A stretch of DNA of 64,000 nucleotides. Source: an uncultured Clostridia bacterium. GTDB lineage: Bacteria; Bacillota; Clostridia; Oscillospirales; Oscillospiraceae. A program made the translations under genes and the position numbers. Location of the stretch: assembly GCA_937890525.1 (NCBI GenBank), contig CALADI010000016.1:15944-79943 (forward strand), written 5' to 3'. Of this stretch, positions 18,983-28,992 are shown piece by piece (the first letter of the stretch is position 1; each line of letters starts with the position of its first letter). Below the pieces are notes generated by a model that did not search any database, had not been told where the DNA came from, and saw only the letters and a list, made by a program, of their open reading frames with translations.

Positions 18983-20704
18983 TCAGGTGGGATCGTAGTT
19001 GACTACTACACCCATGTCGATCAATCCCGTAAGGGAATCCACGGCAACGCCGGTGCCGTACACATTGACCTGAGAGATCAGCGGACAGCTTGTCAAGGTG
19101 CTGACATCAGTCAGCTCTGCATTGTAGTCCAGGAACACATCATTCAGATTGGGCATGCCCCCCAGCGCGCTGATGTCGGTGAGCTTGTTATAGTCGCCCA
19201 CAATGCGCACCAGCAGGCTTTCGCTGCCCAGATTGGGAATGGAGGTGACTTGGTTGTTGGCAAAACTCAATTCCGTCAGGGAGGAGATCCCGGAGATCCC
19301 TTCCAGCGTGGTGATCTGGTTGTTGGACACATCCAGCTTGGACAGGGAGGTGCAGCCGGAAAGTCCGTTCAGATTGGTCAGCGCATTGTTGGCGGCAGAG
19401 AGATCGGTGAGGGACAGCAGCTGCCCTGCGGGGCTGATGTCAGAGACGGCGTTGCCGTTGAGATACAGCTTGTTCAGTCTGGTGCAGGATGCCACAGGGG
19501 CGATGGAAGTCAAGGCATTTCGGGAGACATCCAGCACCGAAAGGACAGTCATCCCGGAAAGGGGGGTCAGATCCTTCACGGCATTGCCGGACAGGTACAG
19601 CTCCTCCAGCCCGGTGAGTCCAGATAGGCGGGACAGATCCCCGATGGCATTATCTGACAAGTCCAGAGCCACAAGAGAGGTAAGACCAGCCAGATCATCC
19701 AGCGAGGAAAGCCCAGAGCCGGAGATGGTCAGCTTCTCCAGAGACTTCATATTTTCCAATACAGACAGGGGAGCGGAGAGGATGCAGTTACGGATGACCA
19801 GTTCCTTCATCTGTCCCATACCCGCCAGCATCCCGAGGTCTGCAATGCTGCGTCCCTCGATGGTCAGCTTTTCCAGCGTGACAAAGTAGCGAAGATCCTC
19901 CAGTGTGGTGACCTCCGCCGGAACGGTGAGTTCCGTGATGGTCCACAGATCCTTGGTGCTGATGACTGCATCAGCGTTGAGGGAGAGCTGGGAACGAACC
20001 AGCGCATCCATGGCAGGATCGGCAAGAGTCACATCCTCGATGACACCGCCGATGGTATAGTTGAAGATGGAGATGGGGCTGACCAGACCATTCTCCGCCA
20101 CGCTGATGGCGTAGACCTTGGTCTCGCCGCCCTCAAGGGAGACAACTCCGCTGCTGGGCTGGGCGGCGGTGGAGGGGTAGCGCCCGTCGGTGGTCACATA
20201 CAGGGTGCCGCCGCTGCCGGAGATATTGGCGGTAACATATTCCGAATAGAAGCCCGGCGCCAGATCCACCGTGGGGGCAGCCGGGCGCATGGCGTCCAAC
20301 TCTGCCTTGATGGCGGCATCGGGGATGCTGTCCAGCATGGTCACGGCATCCAGCAGCTTGTCCTGCTCCACAAAGGTTTGGCTCAGCGCTACATACAGGT
20401 CTGCGGAGGCACCCTTGGCGATGGCGTTGGTGAGGGTGTACTCGGCTTTGGTGTAGTTGCCGGCAGAGCGGTAAATGTCCGCAAGCTCAATGGCAACATC
20501 CTGATTTTTGTCGGAAAGCTGATAGCTGAGATTGTAAAACCATGTGGCGGTGCTGAAGTGACCGTTCTTTGCGCTGTTGCGGGCTTGGGCGTTGAGAAAA
20601 TCCTGTACGGTGGAGCGGTCATAGACCAGCATATACCATACGGCACTGCTGATCAGCAGCCCCACAAGCAGCAATGGAATGATCCATTTCATAACTCGTT
20701 TCAT
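18983..20704 (-). CDS. N-terminally anchored surface protein: TPR-like region + chitobiase/FN3-associated-like domain + about 13 leucine-rich repeats
   Basis: One N-terminal TM segment (WIIPLLLVGLLISSAVWYMLV). An internalin-like 22-residue LRR periodicity (LxxLxxLxLxxNxIxDlxxLxg) covers the C-terminal 300 aa. Confidence 0.75.
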   Translation of the reverse strand: MKRVMKWIIPLLLVGLLISSAVWYMLVYDRSTVQDFLNAQARNSAKNGHFSTATWFYNLSYQLSDKNQDVAIELADIYRSAGNYTKAEYTLTNAIAKGASADLYVALSQTFVEQDKLLDAVTMLDSIPDAAIKAELDAMRPAAPTVDLAPGFYSEYVTANISGSGGTLYVTTDGRYPSTAAQPSSGVVSLEGGETKVYAISVAENGLVSPISIFNYTIGGVIEDVTLADPAMDALVRSQLSLNADAVISTKDLWTITELTVPAEVTTLEDLRYFVTLEKLTIEGRSIADLGMLAGMGQMKELVIRNCILSAPLSVLENMKSLEKLTISGSGLSSLDDLAGLTSLVALDLSDNAIGDLSRLSGLTGLEELYLSGNAVKDLTPLSGMTVLSVLDVSRNALTSIAPVASCTRLNKLYLNGNAVSDISPAGQLLSLTDLSAANNALTNLNGLSGCTSLSKLDVSNNQITTLEGISGISSLTELSFANNQVTSIPNLGSESLLVRIVGDYNKLTDISALGGMPNLNDVFLDYNAELTDVSTLTSCPLISQVNVYGTGVAVDSLTGLIDMGVVVNYDPT

Positions 20705-20857
20705 AAGTTCTGCTCCATTTCTGGGTATAGTATGGCGATATTATACTAAATCACGAAAAAAATGTCAAGAAGTGCGAACTATATGGCATAGATCCACCGG
20801 AAAATCGGCAGATTTCATGGCTGAGGAGGGATAAAATGAACATTGGAGGTGAGGCAA

Positions 20858-21844
20858 ATGAAAAAGCAGCTTTTGGCTGCGTTCCTATGCGGTCTGGTGA
20901 TCCCGCTGTCTTTGATCGCCGTGGGGATGGAGTCTAAAACCGGGCAGATCCCCCTGCCTTCGGGAGAGCCGGAGCAGACGCAAGCCCAGATCCAGTCCCA
21001 GGAGGAGTACGACACACAGACGGTGGTTGCCGTGGAACAAGACGGGCAGAGCGCCGCAATGCCCCTTAGGGACTATCTGGTGGGGGTGGTGCTTGCGGAG
21101 ATGCCGGCGGACTTCCAGCCGGAGGCGCTTCAGGCGCAGGCGGTGGTGGCAAGAACCTATACCTGCAAGCGGGCGCACAATGCAAAGCATGACGATGGTG
21201 CGGTATGCACCGATCCCGGCTGCTGTCAGGGGTATCGGAGCACGCAGGACTATCTGGATCAAGGGGGGACGCAGGCGCAGATCGACCGGGTGTGTCAGGC
21301 GGTGGAACAGACGGACGGCATGGTGCTGACTTATCAAGGAGAGTTGATCGATGCCACCTACTTTTCCTGCTCCGGCGGCAGCACCGAAGATGCGGTGGAG
21401 GTATGGGGACAGGATGTACCCTATTTGCAGGCGGTGGAAAGCCCGGGAGAGGAACAGGCACCCCGATACCGGGAGCGGCTGTATTTCACCCCGGAGGAAT
21501 TCGTGCAGCGCACAGGCTGTGCTGGGGGGCAGGATCCGCAGGAGTGGTTCGGCGCCGTTACCTATACCGATGGCGGCGGTGTGGATACCATGGAACTATG
21601 CGGGCAGATCTATTCCGGGGTGGAGCTTCGCAGTCTGCTGGGGCTGCGGTCTACGGTCTTTACCATGACGGCAGAGGATGGGCAGATCGTGGTGGACACC
21701 CGGGGGTTCGGACACCGGGTGGGCATGAGCCAGTATGGGGCGCAGGCCATGGCACAGCAGGGCAGTACCTGGCGTGAGATCCTCAGTCATTACTATCAAG
21801 GGACAGAAGTGATCCACATGAAAAAATTTGAAAATAGGGGTTGA
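20858..21844 (+). CDS. spoIID: SpoIID/LytB-family lytic transglycosylase (stage II sporulation protein D)
   Basis: AQAVVARTY, YFSCSGGSTEDA and HRVGMSQYGAQAMA motifs. ATG at 20858 follows GGAGGTGAGG (the track start at 20843 is a TTG). Confidence 0.85.
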   Translation: MKKQLLAAFLCGLVIPLSLIAVGMESKTGQIPLPSGEPEQTQAQIQSQEEYDTQTVVAVEQDGQSAAMPLRDYLVGVVLAEMPADFQPEALQAQAVVARTYTCKRAHNAKHDDGAVCTDPGCCQGYRSTQDYLDQGGTQAQIDRVCQAVEQTDGMVLTYQGELIDATYFSCSGGSTEDAVEVWGQDVPYLQAVESPGEEQAPRYRERLYFTPEEFVQRTGCAGGQDPQEWFGAVTYTDGGGVDTMELCGQIYSGVELRSLLGLRSTVFTMTAEDGQIVVDTRGFGHRVGMSQYGAQAMAQQGSTWREILSHYYQGTEVIHMKKFENRG

Positions 21845-21869
21845 CAAACGGAACATGGTGGGCTATAAT
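21841..21869 (+). promoter_or_regulatory. Consensus sigma-A promoter for tRNA-Gly
   Basis: TTGACA, exactly 17 nt, TATAAT. The -35 hexamer contains the spoIID TGA stop codon. Confidence 0.7.
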
Positions 21870-21897
21870 ATGTCATGTTCCGTCAAGGAAAGCCCAT

Positions 21898-21973
21898 GCG
21901 GGTGTAGCTCATCCGGTAGAGCGCCACCTTGCCAAGGTGGAGGTAGCGAGTTCGAGCCTCGTCACCCGCTCCA
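21898..21973 (+). tRNA. tRNA-Gly (anticodon GCC), CCA encoded
   Basis: Manual cloverleaf fold. Acceptor GCGGGTG/CACCCGC, D-arm GCTC..GAGC, anticodon stem CCACC/GGTGG with loop TTGCCAA, T-arm GCGAG TTCGAGC CTCGT, discriminator T, then CCA. Confidence 0.95.
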
Positions 21974-21975
21974 TA

Positions 21976-22006
21976 GACCACAGCGATTTTCGCTGTGGTC
22001 TTTTTC
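21976..22006 (+). terminator. tRNA-Gly terminator
   Basis: 10-bp stem gaccacagcg / cgctgtggtc followed by ttttt. Confidence 0.8.
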
Positions 22007-22035
22007 TATATTCTGAAGCCGTAAAGAAGCAACAA

Positions 22036-22085
22036 AAGGCAACAAAAGCGCCCTCCCAGATCCCCGCGTGGGGTCTGGGAGGGCG
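22036..22085 (-). terminator. Terminator of the transglutaminase-like lipoprotein gene
   Basis: Long GC stem cgccctcccaga(t)cccc / ggggtctgggagggcg. On the minus strand it is followed by cttttgttgcctttt. Confidence 0.6.
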
Positions 22086-22090
22086 TATTA

Positions 22091-23200
22091 TCATTCCGTC
22101 GCTGTCCCGGTTGCCGGGGGAACAGGTGTCCCGCCGGCGGGGTAAGCATCATAATCCCATACATACGCCTGCATCATGGCATCATCCATCAGCACTAGGC
22201 TGCCGTTCTCGGCGCTGCGGAGCAGATCCACATGATAGTATACGCCGCCGCATTGGACCAGATTCCAATGGCGGCTCTCCCCGTCAAAGGTGCCGGAGAC
22301 GCTCTGGCACTCCAGTCCCGCCTGACGGCACATGGCAGAGTAGACCTGAGCAAATGCCTTGCTGTCACCCACGCCATGACACAGCAGTGAGTACGACGGC
22401 GTCAGAGAAGTCTCCAGCCGGTACTCAAACCGCTCCATCAAGAAGGTGAAAAGCTGGGAGAACTTGGTCTGATCGTCGGCTTCTCCGCTGACATAGAGGG
22501 CGGCAGAGGAAAACACAGGCTTCACCTGCTCCTGCATTTGGTGCAGGCTGTCCCGGCTGTTCTGATAGGTGAATGCCAGTTCGATCACCCGGGCATCTCC
22601 TTGGTCGGGATAGGTCTGCACGGAGACTTGGGGCAGTTCCATCACCACATCGGGATGCAGTCCGGCGTAGTCGGTGATCCATTGCACCAGATCCGTTTCC
22701 TGGTATCCGGTGACCAGCAGCACCAGAGCGCTGCGGTGATGGTCCAAGGCATCCGCAATGAGCGCCTGTGCCCCCGGAATGCCGTATACGGTGCGGATCC
22801 GGTCGATCTCGGCGCGGGTGTGCCGGTAGGTGAGCTTGACGGAGATGGCATCCTGCCCGCCGGTGGCGCCGAACTCATAGTCGATGGATTCCACCGAGTA
22901 TGCCCCGATGGGGTGGGAGGTGTGGATATAGTTTTTGGCGCGGATCATGTCCTTGCGTACATCGTCGGTCTTGTAGTGATCCAGATGGAACACCGCTTCT
23001 GAAGCACCGGAGTCGATCATGCCGATGAGGGCGCCCCGCAGGTCGATATAGTCTGCAATGGCGGGGATCTTCTGATCTGATCCGTCGGAATATCCGATTT
23101 GGTGGGGGGTGACGGAGACAAAGCTGCCGTCCAGCCAGCCGCAGCCGCCGCAGCAAAGGACGGTCATCAGCACAGCCATCAGTCCGGCGATTCGTTTCAC
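22091..23200 (-). CDS. Exported transglutaminase-like (Cys-His-Asp) protein
   Basis: GTG start chosen just after the upstream gene's stop (VKRIAGLMAVLMTVLCCGGCG: signal peptide with lipobox-like Cys cluster). The C-terminus has a transglutaminase-core pattern (LLCHGVGDSKAFA ... HWNLVQCGGVYYHVD). Start is uncertain; an ATG at 23179 is the alternative. Confidence 0.65.
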   Translation of the reverse strand: MKRIAGLMAVLMTVLCCGGCGWLDGSFVSVTPHQIGYSDGSDQKIPAIADYIDLRGALIGMIDSGASEAVFHLDHYKTDDVRKDMIRAKNYIHTSHPIGAYSVESIDYEFGATGGQDAISVKLTYRHTRAEIDRIRTVYGIPGAQALIADALDHHRSALVLLVTGYQETDLVQWITDYAGLHPDVVMELPQVSVQTYPDQGDARVIELAFTYQNSRDSLHQMQEQVKPVFSSAALYVSGEADDQTKFSQLFTFLMERFEYRLETSLTPSYSLLCHGVGDSKAFAQVYSAMCRQAGLECQSVSGTFDGESRHWNLVQCGGVYYHVDLLRSAENGSLVLMDDAMMQAYVWDYDAYPAGGTPVPPATGTATE

Positions 23201-23216
23201 GGCATCACGCCCTTTC

Positions 23217-24080
23217 TTACAGCGAATTGTGGGAATAACGGGCGAAGCCGTCACCAAGGACTTGGTGGGCTTCCTGCACGATGATGAAGGCATCGGGGTC
23301 GATGGAGACCACCAGTTCCTTCAGCTCGGCAAGCTGGCGCTTCTTCACCGCTGCCAGCACCACCTTGGTATCCTTCTGGGAGTAGTAGCCCTGCCCATAG
23401 AGGTAGGTGACGCCCCGATCCAGATTATCGCAGATGGCGGTGGCAATGGAGGCATAGTCCTTGCTGATGATCAGCGCCACCTTGGAATAGTCGAAGCGGT
23501 AGACCACCGCATCGATCACCTGACTGGTGGCCAGCACGGCGATCAGGCTGTAGAGCATATTGGATACATCGTGGAACACGATGCCGGTGAGCCCCGCCAC
23601 CACAAAGTCAAAGAGGAAGGAGATCTGCCCGATGGGCATATTGCGGTAGCGGGATTTCAGCAGCCGGACGATGATATCCGAGCCGCCGGTGCTGGCATTG
23701 GCGGTAAAGACGATGCCAAGACCGGCGCCGCCCAGCACGCCGCCGTAAAGCGCAGCGATGATGGGCTCCACCTCGGGGGTGGGGATCATGCTGAACAGAT
23801 CCAGAAACGCAGACAGGGCAAAGGTACCGATCAAAGATCCCGCGAAGAATTTCATGCCGATCTTCTTGCCCCCTACAAAAAACAGCGGCAGGTTCAAAAG
23901 TGCCGTGACCACGCCTACCGTTCCGAAGGGGAACAGGCGAATGATGATCATCGCCAAGCCGGAGATGCCGCCGGAGTTCAGACCGTTGGGTTCCAGAAAT
24001 AGGTCGAAGGCAAAGGCAAAGACGGCACAGCCCAGAAGGATTTGCCCGACCCAGAGAATGGCAGAAGTGGTTTTTTTCAT
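23217..24080 (-). CDS. YitT-family membrane protein (DUF161 + DUF2179)
   Basis: Polytopic N-terminus with the repeated GG(I/T)SG-type motif (LNSGGISGLAMI, STGGSDIIV) and a soluble C-terminal domain typical of YitT proteins. Confidence 0.8.
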   Translation of the reverse strand: MKKTTSAILWVGQILLGCAVFAFAFDLFLEPNGLNSGGISGLAMIIIRLFPFGTVGVVTALLNLPLFFVGGKKIGMKFFAGSLIGTFALSAFLDLFSMIPTPEVEPIIAALYGGVLGGAGLGIVFTANASTGGSDIIVRLLKSRYRNMPIGQISFLFDFVVAGLTGIVFHDVSNMLYSLIAVLATSQVIDAVVYRFDYSKVALIISKDYASIATAICDNLDRGVTYLYGQGYYSQKDTKVVLAAVKKRQLAELKELVVSIDPDAFIIVQEAHQVLGDGFARYSHNSL

Positions 24081-24091
24081 AGGAGCCTCCT

Positions 24092-26341
24092 TTACATACG
24101 AATGCTGATCTGCTGCTCGGGGGCGTCCTCAGGCTTGAGGATGGCGCCGGCAGCGGGGAGGGTTTTGGCACGATATCGGGATTCGTTGACGATGCCGCTT
24201 TCCGACAGGGGGCAGGCGAAGTCAAACGCGGCTTTCTTCCGCAGGGACATGAGCCCCACGCCGATGGTGGATCGGGTGGTCTTGGGCATGAGCAGCGCCG
24301 AGGAGAAGATCAGCGCCCGTCCGTCGGTGGAGTAGGCAGCGATCTGCTGGTCGGTGTCCATGGAAAGCACAGTCCGCAGGGGGCTCTTGTCGGAATAAGC
24401 GCCGGTGAGCTTTTTGCGGTTGGTCTTGGTCTCGTAGGCGCTGAGGGGCACCTTAGCCACCTTGCCGTTGGCGAAGAAGAACAGCACGAAGCCGGTGTAA
24501 TCCCCAGCCGGGATCACGCTGACGATGCTCTCGCCCTGATCCATGGCCAGCTTCGTGGGCAGGAAGTCGCCCAAAAGGGATGCCTTGGAATCCTCAAAGT
24601 CGGAAAGCCGGGTCTTGTAGCATTGGAACCGGTCAGTAAACACCAGCAGCTCCGCTCGGTTGGTGGTTTCGATGGTGAAGTCCAGACTGTCCCCCTCTTT
24701 GAACTTCTGTTCACCGGACATCCGAAGACTCTGGGGGGTGATCTTCTTGAGATACCCCTGCTTGGACACGAACAGGTGAACGGGGTAGTCCGGGATCTCA
24801 TCAGCTTCCTCGGTGTCGAAAGGATCTTCCTCGGTCTGGTACACCAGCTCGGTCTTCCGGGGCTGACCGTATTTCTTGATGACCTGCTGCAATTCGCCGA
24901 TGATGACCTTTTGTAGGCGGCGGGTGCTTTTCAGCGTCGCTTGGAGGTCGGCGATCTCCTGTTCCAGATCCTCGATGGCACGGGTCTGCTTCAGGATGTA
25001 TTCCCGGTTGATGTTGCGCAGCTTGATCTCAGCCACGAAATTCGCCTGCACTTCGTCGATGCCGAAGCCGATCATCAAATTGGGCACGACCTCGCTTTCC
25101 AGTTCGGTCTTGCGGATGATGTCCACGGCTTTGTCGATGTCCAGCAGGATCCGTTCCAGACCCTTGAGCAGGTGCAGCCGGTCGGACTTCTTCTGGACTT
25201 GGAAATAGATCCTGCGCCGGACGCATTCCGTCCGCCATGCAGTCCACTCATCCAGAATTTCTCCCACGCCCATCACCCGGGGCATTCCGGCGATGAGGAT
25301 GTTGAAGTTGCAGGCGAAGCTGTCCTGCAAGGGGGTCATGCGGAAGAGCTTGGCCATCAGCTTGTCCGGCTCTGCGCCCCGCTTCAGGTCGATGGTCAGC
25401 TTCAGACCGCCCAGATCCGTCTCGTCCCGCATATCCGAGATCTCCTTGATCTTACCGGCCTTGATGAGGTCGGCCACCTTGTCCATGATGACCTCGGTAG
25501 AGGTGGAGTAGGGGATCTGGTAGATCTCGATGAGGTTGCCCTCTTTGAGGTAGCGCCACTTGGCCCGGAGCCGGAAGCTGCCCCGCCCGGTGGCGTAGAT
25601 CTCCCGCACCTGGGCTTCGTCGTACAGCAGCTCACCGCCGGTGGAGAAGTCGGGACCGGGCATGGTTTCCAGAATGTCATGCTCCGGGTTTTCCATCAAG
25701 GCGATGGCGGTCTTGCACACCTCCGCCAGATTGAACGAGCAGATGTTGCTGGCCATGCCAACGGCGATGCCCTGATTTGCCGATACCAGCACATTGGGGA
25801 AGGTGGTGGGCAGCAGGGACGGCTCTTTCATGGTGGCGTCGTAGTTGTCCACCATGTCCACGGTGTCGGAATCGATGTCCCGGAACAGCTCGGCGCAGAT
25901 GGGCTCCAGCTTGGCTTCGGTGTATCGGGAGGCGGCATAGGCCATATCCCGGGAGTAGACCTTACCGAAGTTGCCCTTGGAGTCCACAAAGGGGTGCAGC
26001 AGCGTCTCGTTGCCCCGGGCCAGACGCACCATGGTCTCGTAGATGGCGGCGTCGCCGTGGGGGTTCAGGCGCATGGTCTGACCCACGATGTTGGCAGATT
26101 TCGTCCGGGCGCCGTTGAGCAGATTCATCTTGTACATGGTGTACAGCAGCTTCCGGTGGGAGGGCTTGAAGCCGTCGATTTCCGGGATGGCACGGGACAC
26201 GATGACGCTCATGGCGTAGGGCATATAGTTGATCTCCAGCGTTTCGGAGATGGGCTGCTCCACGGTGGAGCCTACCAGCCCCATGATCCCTTCCGTGGAG
26301 ACCTTCTTCTTTTGGTTGTTATCCTGTTTTTTCTTTGCCAT
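24092..26341 (-). CDS. parC: Type IIA topoisomerase subunit A (ParC-like)
   Basis: 749 aa. Catalytic Tyr context [11 protein letters not shown]-terminal winged-helix/tower region and a C-terminal beta-pinwheel-size domain. The ParC versus second-GyrA assignment rests on size and synteny only. Confidence 0.8.
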   Translation of the reverse strand: MAKKKQDNNQKKKVSTEGIMGLVGSTVEQPISETLEINYMPYAMSVIVSRAIPEIDGFKPSHRKLLYTMYKMNLLNGARTKSANIVGQTMRLNPHGDAAIYETMVRLARGNETLLHPFVDSKGNFGKVYSRDMAYAASRYTEAKLEPICAELFRDIDSDTVDMVDNYDATMKEPSLLPTTFPNVLVSANQGIAVGMASNICSFNLAEVCKTAIALMENPEHDILETMPGPDFSTGGELLYDEAQVREIYATGRGSFRLRAKWRYLKEGNLIEIYQIPYSTSTEVIMDKVADLIKAGKIKEISDMRDETDLGGLKLTIDLKRGAEPDKLMAKLFRMTPLQDSFACNFNILIAGMPRVMGVGEILDEWTAWRTECVRRRIYFQVQKKSDRLHLLKGLERILLDIDKAVDIIRKTELESEVVPNLMIGFGIDEVQANFVAEIKLRNINREYILKQTRAIEDLEQEIADLQATLKSTRRLQKVIIGELQQVIKKYGQPRKTELVYQTEEDPFDTEEADEIPDYPVHLFVSKQGYLKKITPQSLRMSGEQKFKEGDSLDFTIETTNRAELLVFTDRFQCYKTRLSDFEDSKASLLGDFLPTKLAMDQGESIVSVIPAGDYTGFVLFFFANGKVAKVPLSAYETKTNRKKLTGAYSDKSPLRTVLSMDTDQQIAAYSTDGRALIFSSALLMPKTTRSTIGVGLMSLRKKAAFDFACPLSESGIVNESRYRAKTLPAAGAILKPEDAPEQQISIRM

Positions 26342-26353
26342 GGTCTGATTCCT

Positions 26354-28333
26354 TTACGAGATATCCGCCAGATCCAGATATCTGGCGCCGTTTTCCGCAA
26401 TGAAGTTCTTCCGCTCGGAAAGATTGTCCCCCAGAAGTACATCAAAGTAGTGGGAGGTGCGCTCGGCATCCTCGGGCATGACCTTGATGAGCCGGCGGGT
26501 CTCGGGGTTCATGGTGGTCATCCACATCATCTCCGGGTCGTTTTCACCAAGACCCTTGGAGCGCTGGATGGAGACTTTTTTGCCCTCCAGCTTTTTCAGA
26601 ATATCCACCTTCTCCTGCTCGTTGTAAGCAAACCATGTTTGATCCTTGCAGGTGATTTCGAACAGGGGGGACTCTGCGATGAACACATAGCCGTTGCGGA
26701 TGAGGGTGGGGCACAGCCGGTAGAGCATGGTCAGCACCAGCGTGCGGATCTGGAAGCCGTCCACATCGGCATCGGTACAGATGACCACCTTATTCCAGCG
26801 CAGGTTGTCCAGATCGAAGGAAGACAGCTCCTTCGCTTTCTTGCCTTGGATCTCTACCCCGCAGCCCAAGACCTTCATCAGGTCGGTGATGATGGGGGAG
26901 GCGAAGATCTTGTGATAGTCTGCCTTCAGACAGTTGAGGATCTTGCCACGGATGGGCATGATGCCTTGGAATTCCGAATCCCGGGACAGCTTCACCGAGC
27001 CCAGAGCGGAATCGCCCTCGACGATGTACAGCTCCCGCTTGGCGGTATCCCGGCTGCGGCAGTCCACGAATTTCTGCACCCGGTTGGCGATATCCACCGA
27101 GCCGGACAGCTTCTTCTTCACGCTGGATTTGGTCTTTTCGGCGGATTCTCTTGCCCGCTTGTTGACCAAGATCTGCTCGGCGGCCCGGTCGGCGTCCTGC
27201 TTGCACTCCAAGAACCAGACCTGAAGCTGATCCTTCAAGAAGGCGGTCATAGCATCCTGGGTGAACTTGGAGTTGACACTCTTTTTGGTCTGATTCTCAA
27301 AGCAGCCGATGGTGGAGAAACAGTTGGTGATGATGACAAGAGAGTCCAGAATGTCCTGAAACAGGATCTTGCTCTCGGTTTTGGTGTATTTATTATTGTC
27401 CTTCAGATATTTGTCGAAGGCGGCGGTGAAGGCAGAACGCACCGCTTTGTCCGGGCTGCCGCCGTATTCCAGCCAGCTGGAATTGTGGTAGAATTCGGTG
27501 TGGCTGAGTTTCTTGGAGAAGCAGAAGGACACGGTGATCTTCAGCTTCATCTCCGGGCGGTTCTCGGCGTCCCGACCCCGGCGCTCGGTTTCCCAATAGA
27601 CGGGCATGGTGAAGGCGTCGTCCCCCACCAGCTCTTCCAGATATTGCTTGATGCCGCCGTCATAGCGGAATTCTTCTGTTTCGAACTTGCCTCCGGTCTG
27701 ATTGCGGAAGCGGAAAGTGATCCCGGGGTTCACCACAGCCTGACGGCGCATCACATCCCGGTAATACTCTGCCGGAATGTTGATGTCAGTAAAGATCTCC
27801 CGATCCGGCTTCCAATGGAAGCAGGAGCCAGTCTTTTTCCGGTCGGTAGGTTCTTTGGTCAGACCGCCGATGTTGCGTCCCTTTTCGAAATGAAGGGTGT
27901 ACTTGAACCCGTCCCGGTGGATCACCGCATCGAAGAAGGAGGAGGCATACTGGGTGGCACAGGAGCCAAGTCCGTTCAAGCCCAGAGAGTATTCGTAGTT
28001 TTCGCCGTTTTCGCCGTATTTGCCGCCGGCGTACATTTCGCAGAACACCAGTTCCCAGTTGAACCGCTGTTCTTTTTCGTTGTAGTCCACCGGGCAGCCC
28101 CGCCCGAAATCCTCTACCTCCACAGACTGGTCGGCGTAGCGGGTGACGATGATGGTATCGCCGTGTCCCTCCCGTGCCTCGTCGATGGCGTTGGATAGGA
28201 TCTCAAATACTGCGTGCTTGCAGCCTTCCAGATCATCCGAGCCGAAAATGACCGCCGGGCGCTTTCGCACCCGCTCCTCGCCCTTGAGCATGGAGATGCT
28301 GGAATTGCCGTATTGTTGCGTTTTTTTAGCCAT
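26354..28333 (-). CDS. parE: Type IIA topoisomerase subunit B (ParE-like)
   Basis: Start moved to MAKKTQQYGNSSISMLKGEERVRKRP. GHKL ATPase region and TOPRIM motif ELYIVEGDSALGS. Confidence 0.8.
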   Translation of the reverse strand: MAKKTQQYGNSSISMLKGEERVRKRPAVIFGSDDLEGCKHAVFEILSNAIDEAREGHGDTIIVTRYADQSVEVEDFGRGCPVDYNEKEQRFNWELVFCEMYAGGKYGENGENYEYSLGLNGLGSCATQYASSFFDAVIHRDGFKYTLHFEKGRNIGGLTKEPTDRKKTGSCFHWKPDREIFTDINIPAEYYRDVMRRQAVVNPGITFRFRNQTGGKFETEEFRYDGGIKQYLEELVGDDAFTMPVYWETERRGRDAENRPEMKLKITVSFCFSKKLSHTEFYHNSSWLEYGGSPDKAVRSAFTAAFDKYLKDNNKYTKTESKILFQDILDSLVIITNCFSTIGCFENQTKKSVNSKFTQDAMTAFLKDQLQVWFLECKQDADRAAEQILVNKRARESAEKTKSSVKKKLSGSVDIANRVQKFVDCRSRDTAKRELYIVEGDSALGSVKLSRDSEFQGIMPIRGKILNCLKADYHKIFASPIITDLMKVLGCGVEIQGKKAKELSSFDLDNLRWNKVVICTDADVDGFQIRTLVLTMLYRLCPTLIRNGYVFIAESPLFEITCKDQTWFAYNEQEKVDILKKLEGKKVSIQRSKGLGENDPEMMWMTTMNPETRRLIKVMPEDAERTSHYFDVLLGDNLSERKNFIAENGARYLDLADIS

Positions 28334-28436
28334 AAATTCAAACCTGCCATAATTATCCAGTAATATTCTATATATTATATGCAATTTTCCCCCGGAAGTC
28401 AATCGATCCGCCAGGGAAGACCCGTGCAAATGGGTA

Positions 28437-28469
28437 CAAAAAAATCCCTTCCCGCCGGGAAGGGAATTT
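28437..28469 (-). terminator. secG terminator
   Basis: Minus strand aaattcccttcc...ggaagggatt hairpin followed by ttttttt. Confidence 0.6.
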
Positions 28470-28481
28470 ATTTGTGGTCGA

Positions 28482-28712
28482 TCACACCAGACTCAGAGCC
28501 AGAGTCAGCAACAGCCATACAGCGGCGATCCACTTGGTGGAGGATGCCAGCAGATGATCCGCACCGCCCTTGGCATTCTTGCTCATGTAGGAATCGGAAT
28601 TGCCAGCGATGGCACCGGAAAGACCGGCCTCCTTGCCGGACTGCACCAGAACAACACCGATCAGGGCGAGACTGGCCAGAACTTCCAGAACTGTCAGAAT
28701 GGTTTCAAGCAT
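28482..28712 (-). CDS. secG: Preprotein translocase subunit SecG
   Basis: 76 aa with two TM segments. Central motif VLVQSGKEAGLSGAIAG is typical of SecG. Confidence 0.85.
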   Translation of the reverse strand: MLETILTVLEVLASLALIGVVLVQSGKEAGLSGAIAGNSDSYMSKNAKGGADHLLASSTKWIAAVWLLLTLALSLV

Positions 28713-28947
28713 CGAAAATAACCTCCCTCCACGCTACGGCAGAACCGCCGGAATGGGCGAATTCGAATCCGTTTGCGGATAATAAATAACATTAGCCTGT
28801 TTAATATAGCACACAAATCCCGGTAAGGCAAGAGCGTTTTTTTCAAAACAGGCTGTATTTGATAAAAAAAGAGCGATTGAAAGCGATTTTGTAGCTTTGC
28901 ACAATTCTACGATGAAATCTGACCTAGAATTATGCAAGTAAACACTT

Positions 28948-28986
28948 CCAAATCAATGTACCCCGGACGGGATCCGTCCGGGGTAC
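28948..28986 (-). terminator. Terminator closing the apbE-rnfCDG operon
   Basis: 13-bp stem gtaccccggacgg / ccgtccggggtac immediately after the stop of the 147-aa membrane protein gene. The downstream T-tract is only moderate (attgatttgg). Confidence 0.5.
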
Positions 28987-28992
28987 GCAGGA

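Noticed and set aside
21841-22449. 202-aa ORF spanning the tRNA-Gly gene
   Set aside because: It reads through a perfect tRNA cloverleaf, its promoter and terminator, and then runs antisense into the next gene. Not coding.
24941-28198. 1085-aa ORF on the plus strand
   Set aside because: It lies entirely antisense to the well-supported parC and parE-like genes. Its composition is low-complexity and G/A/V/H/L-rich, typical of the reverse frame of GC-rich coding DNA. No motifs recognised.
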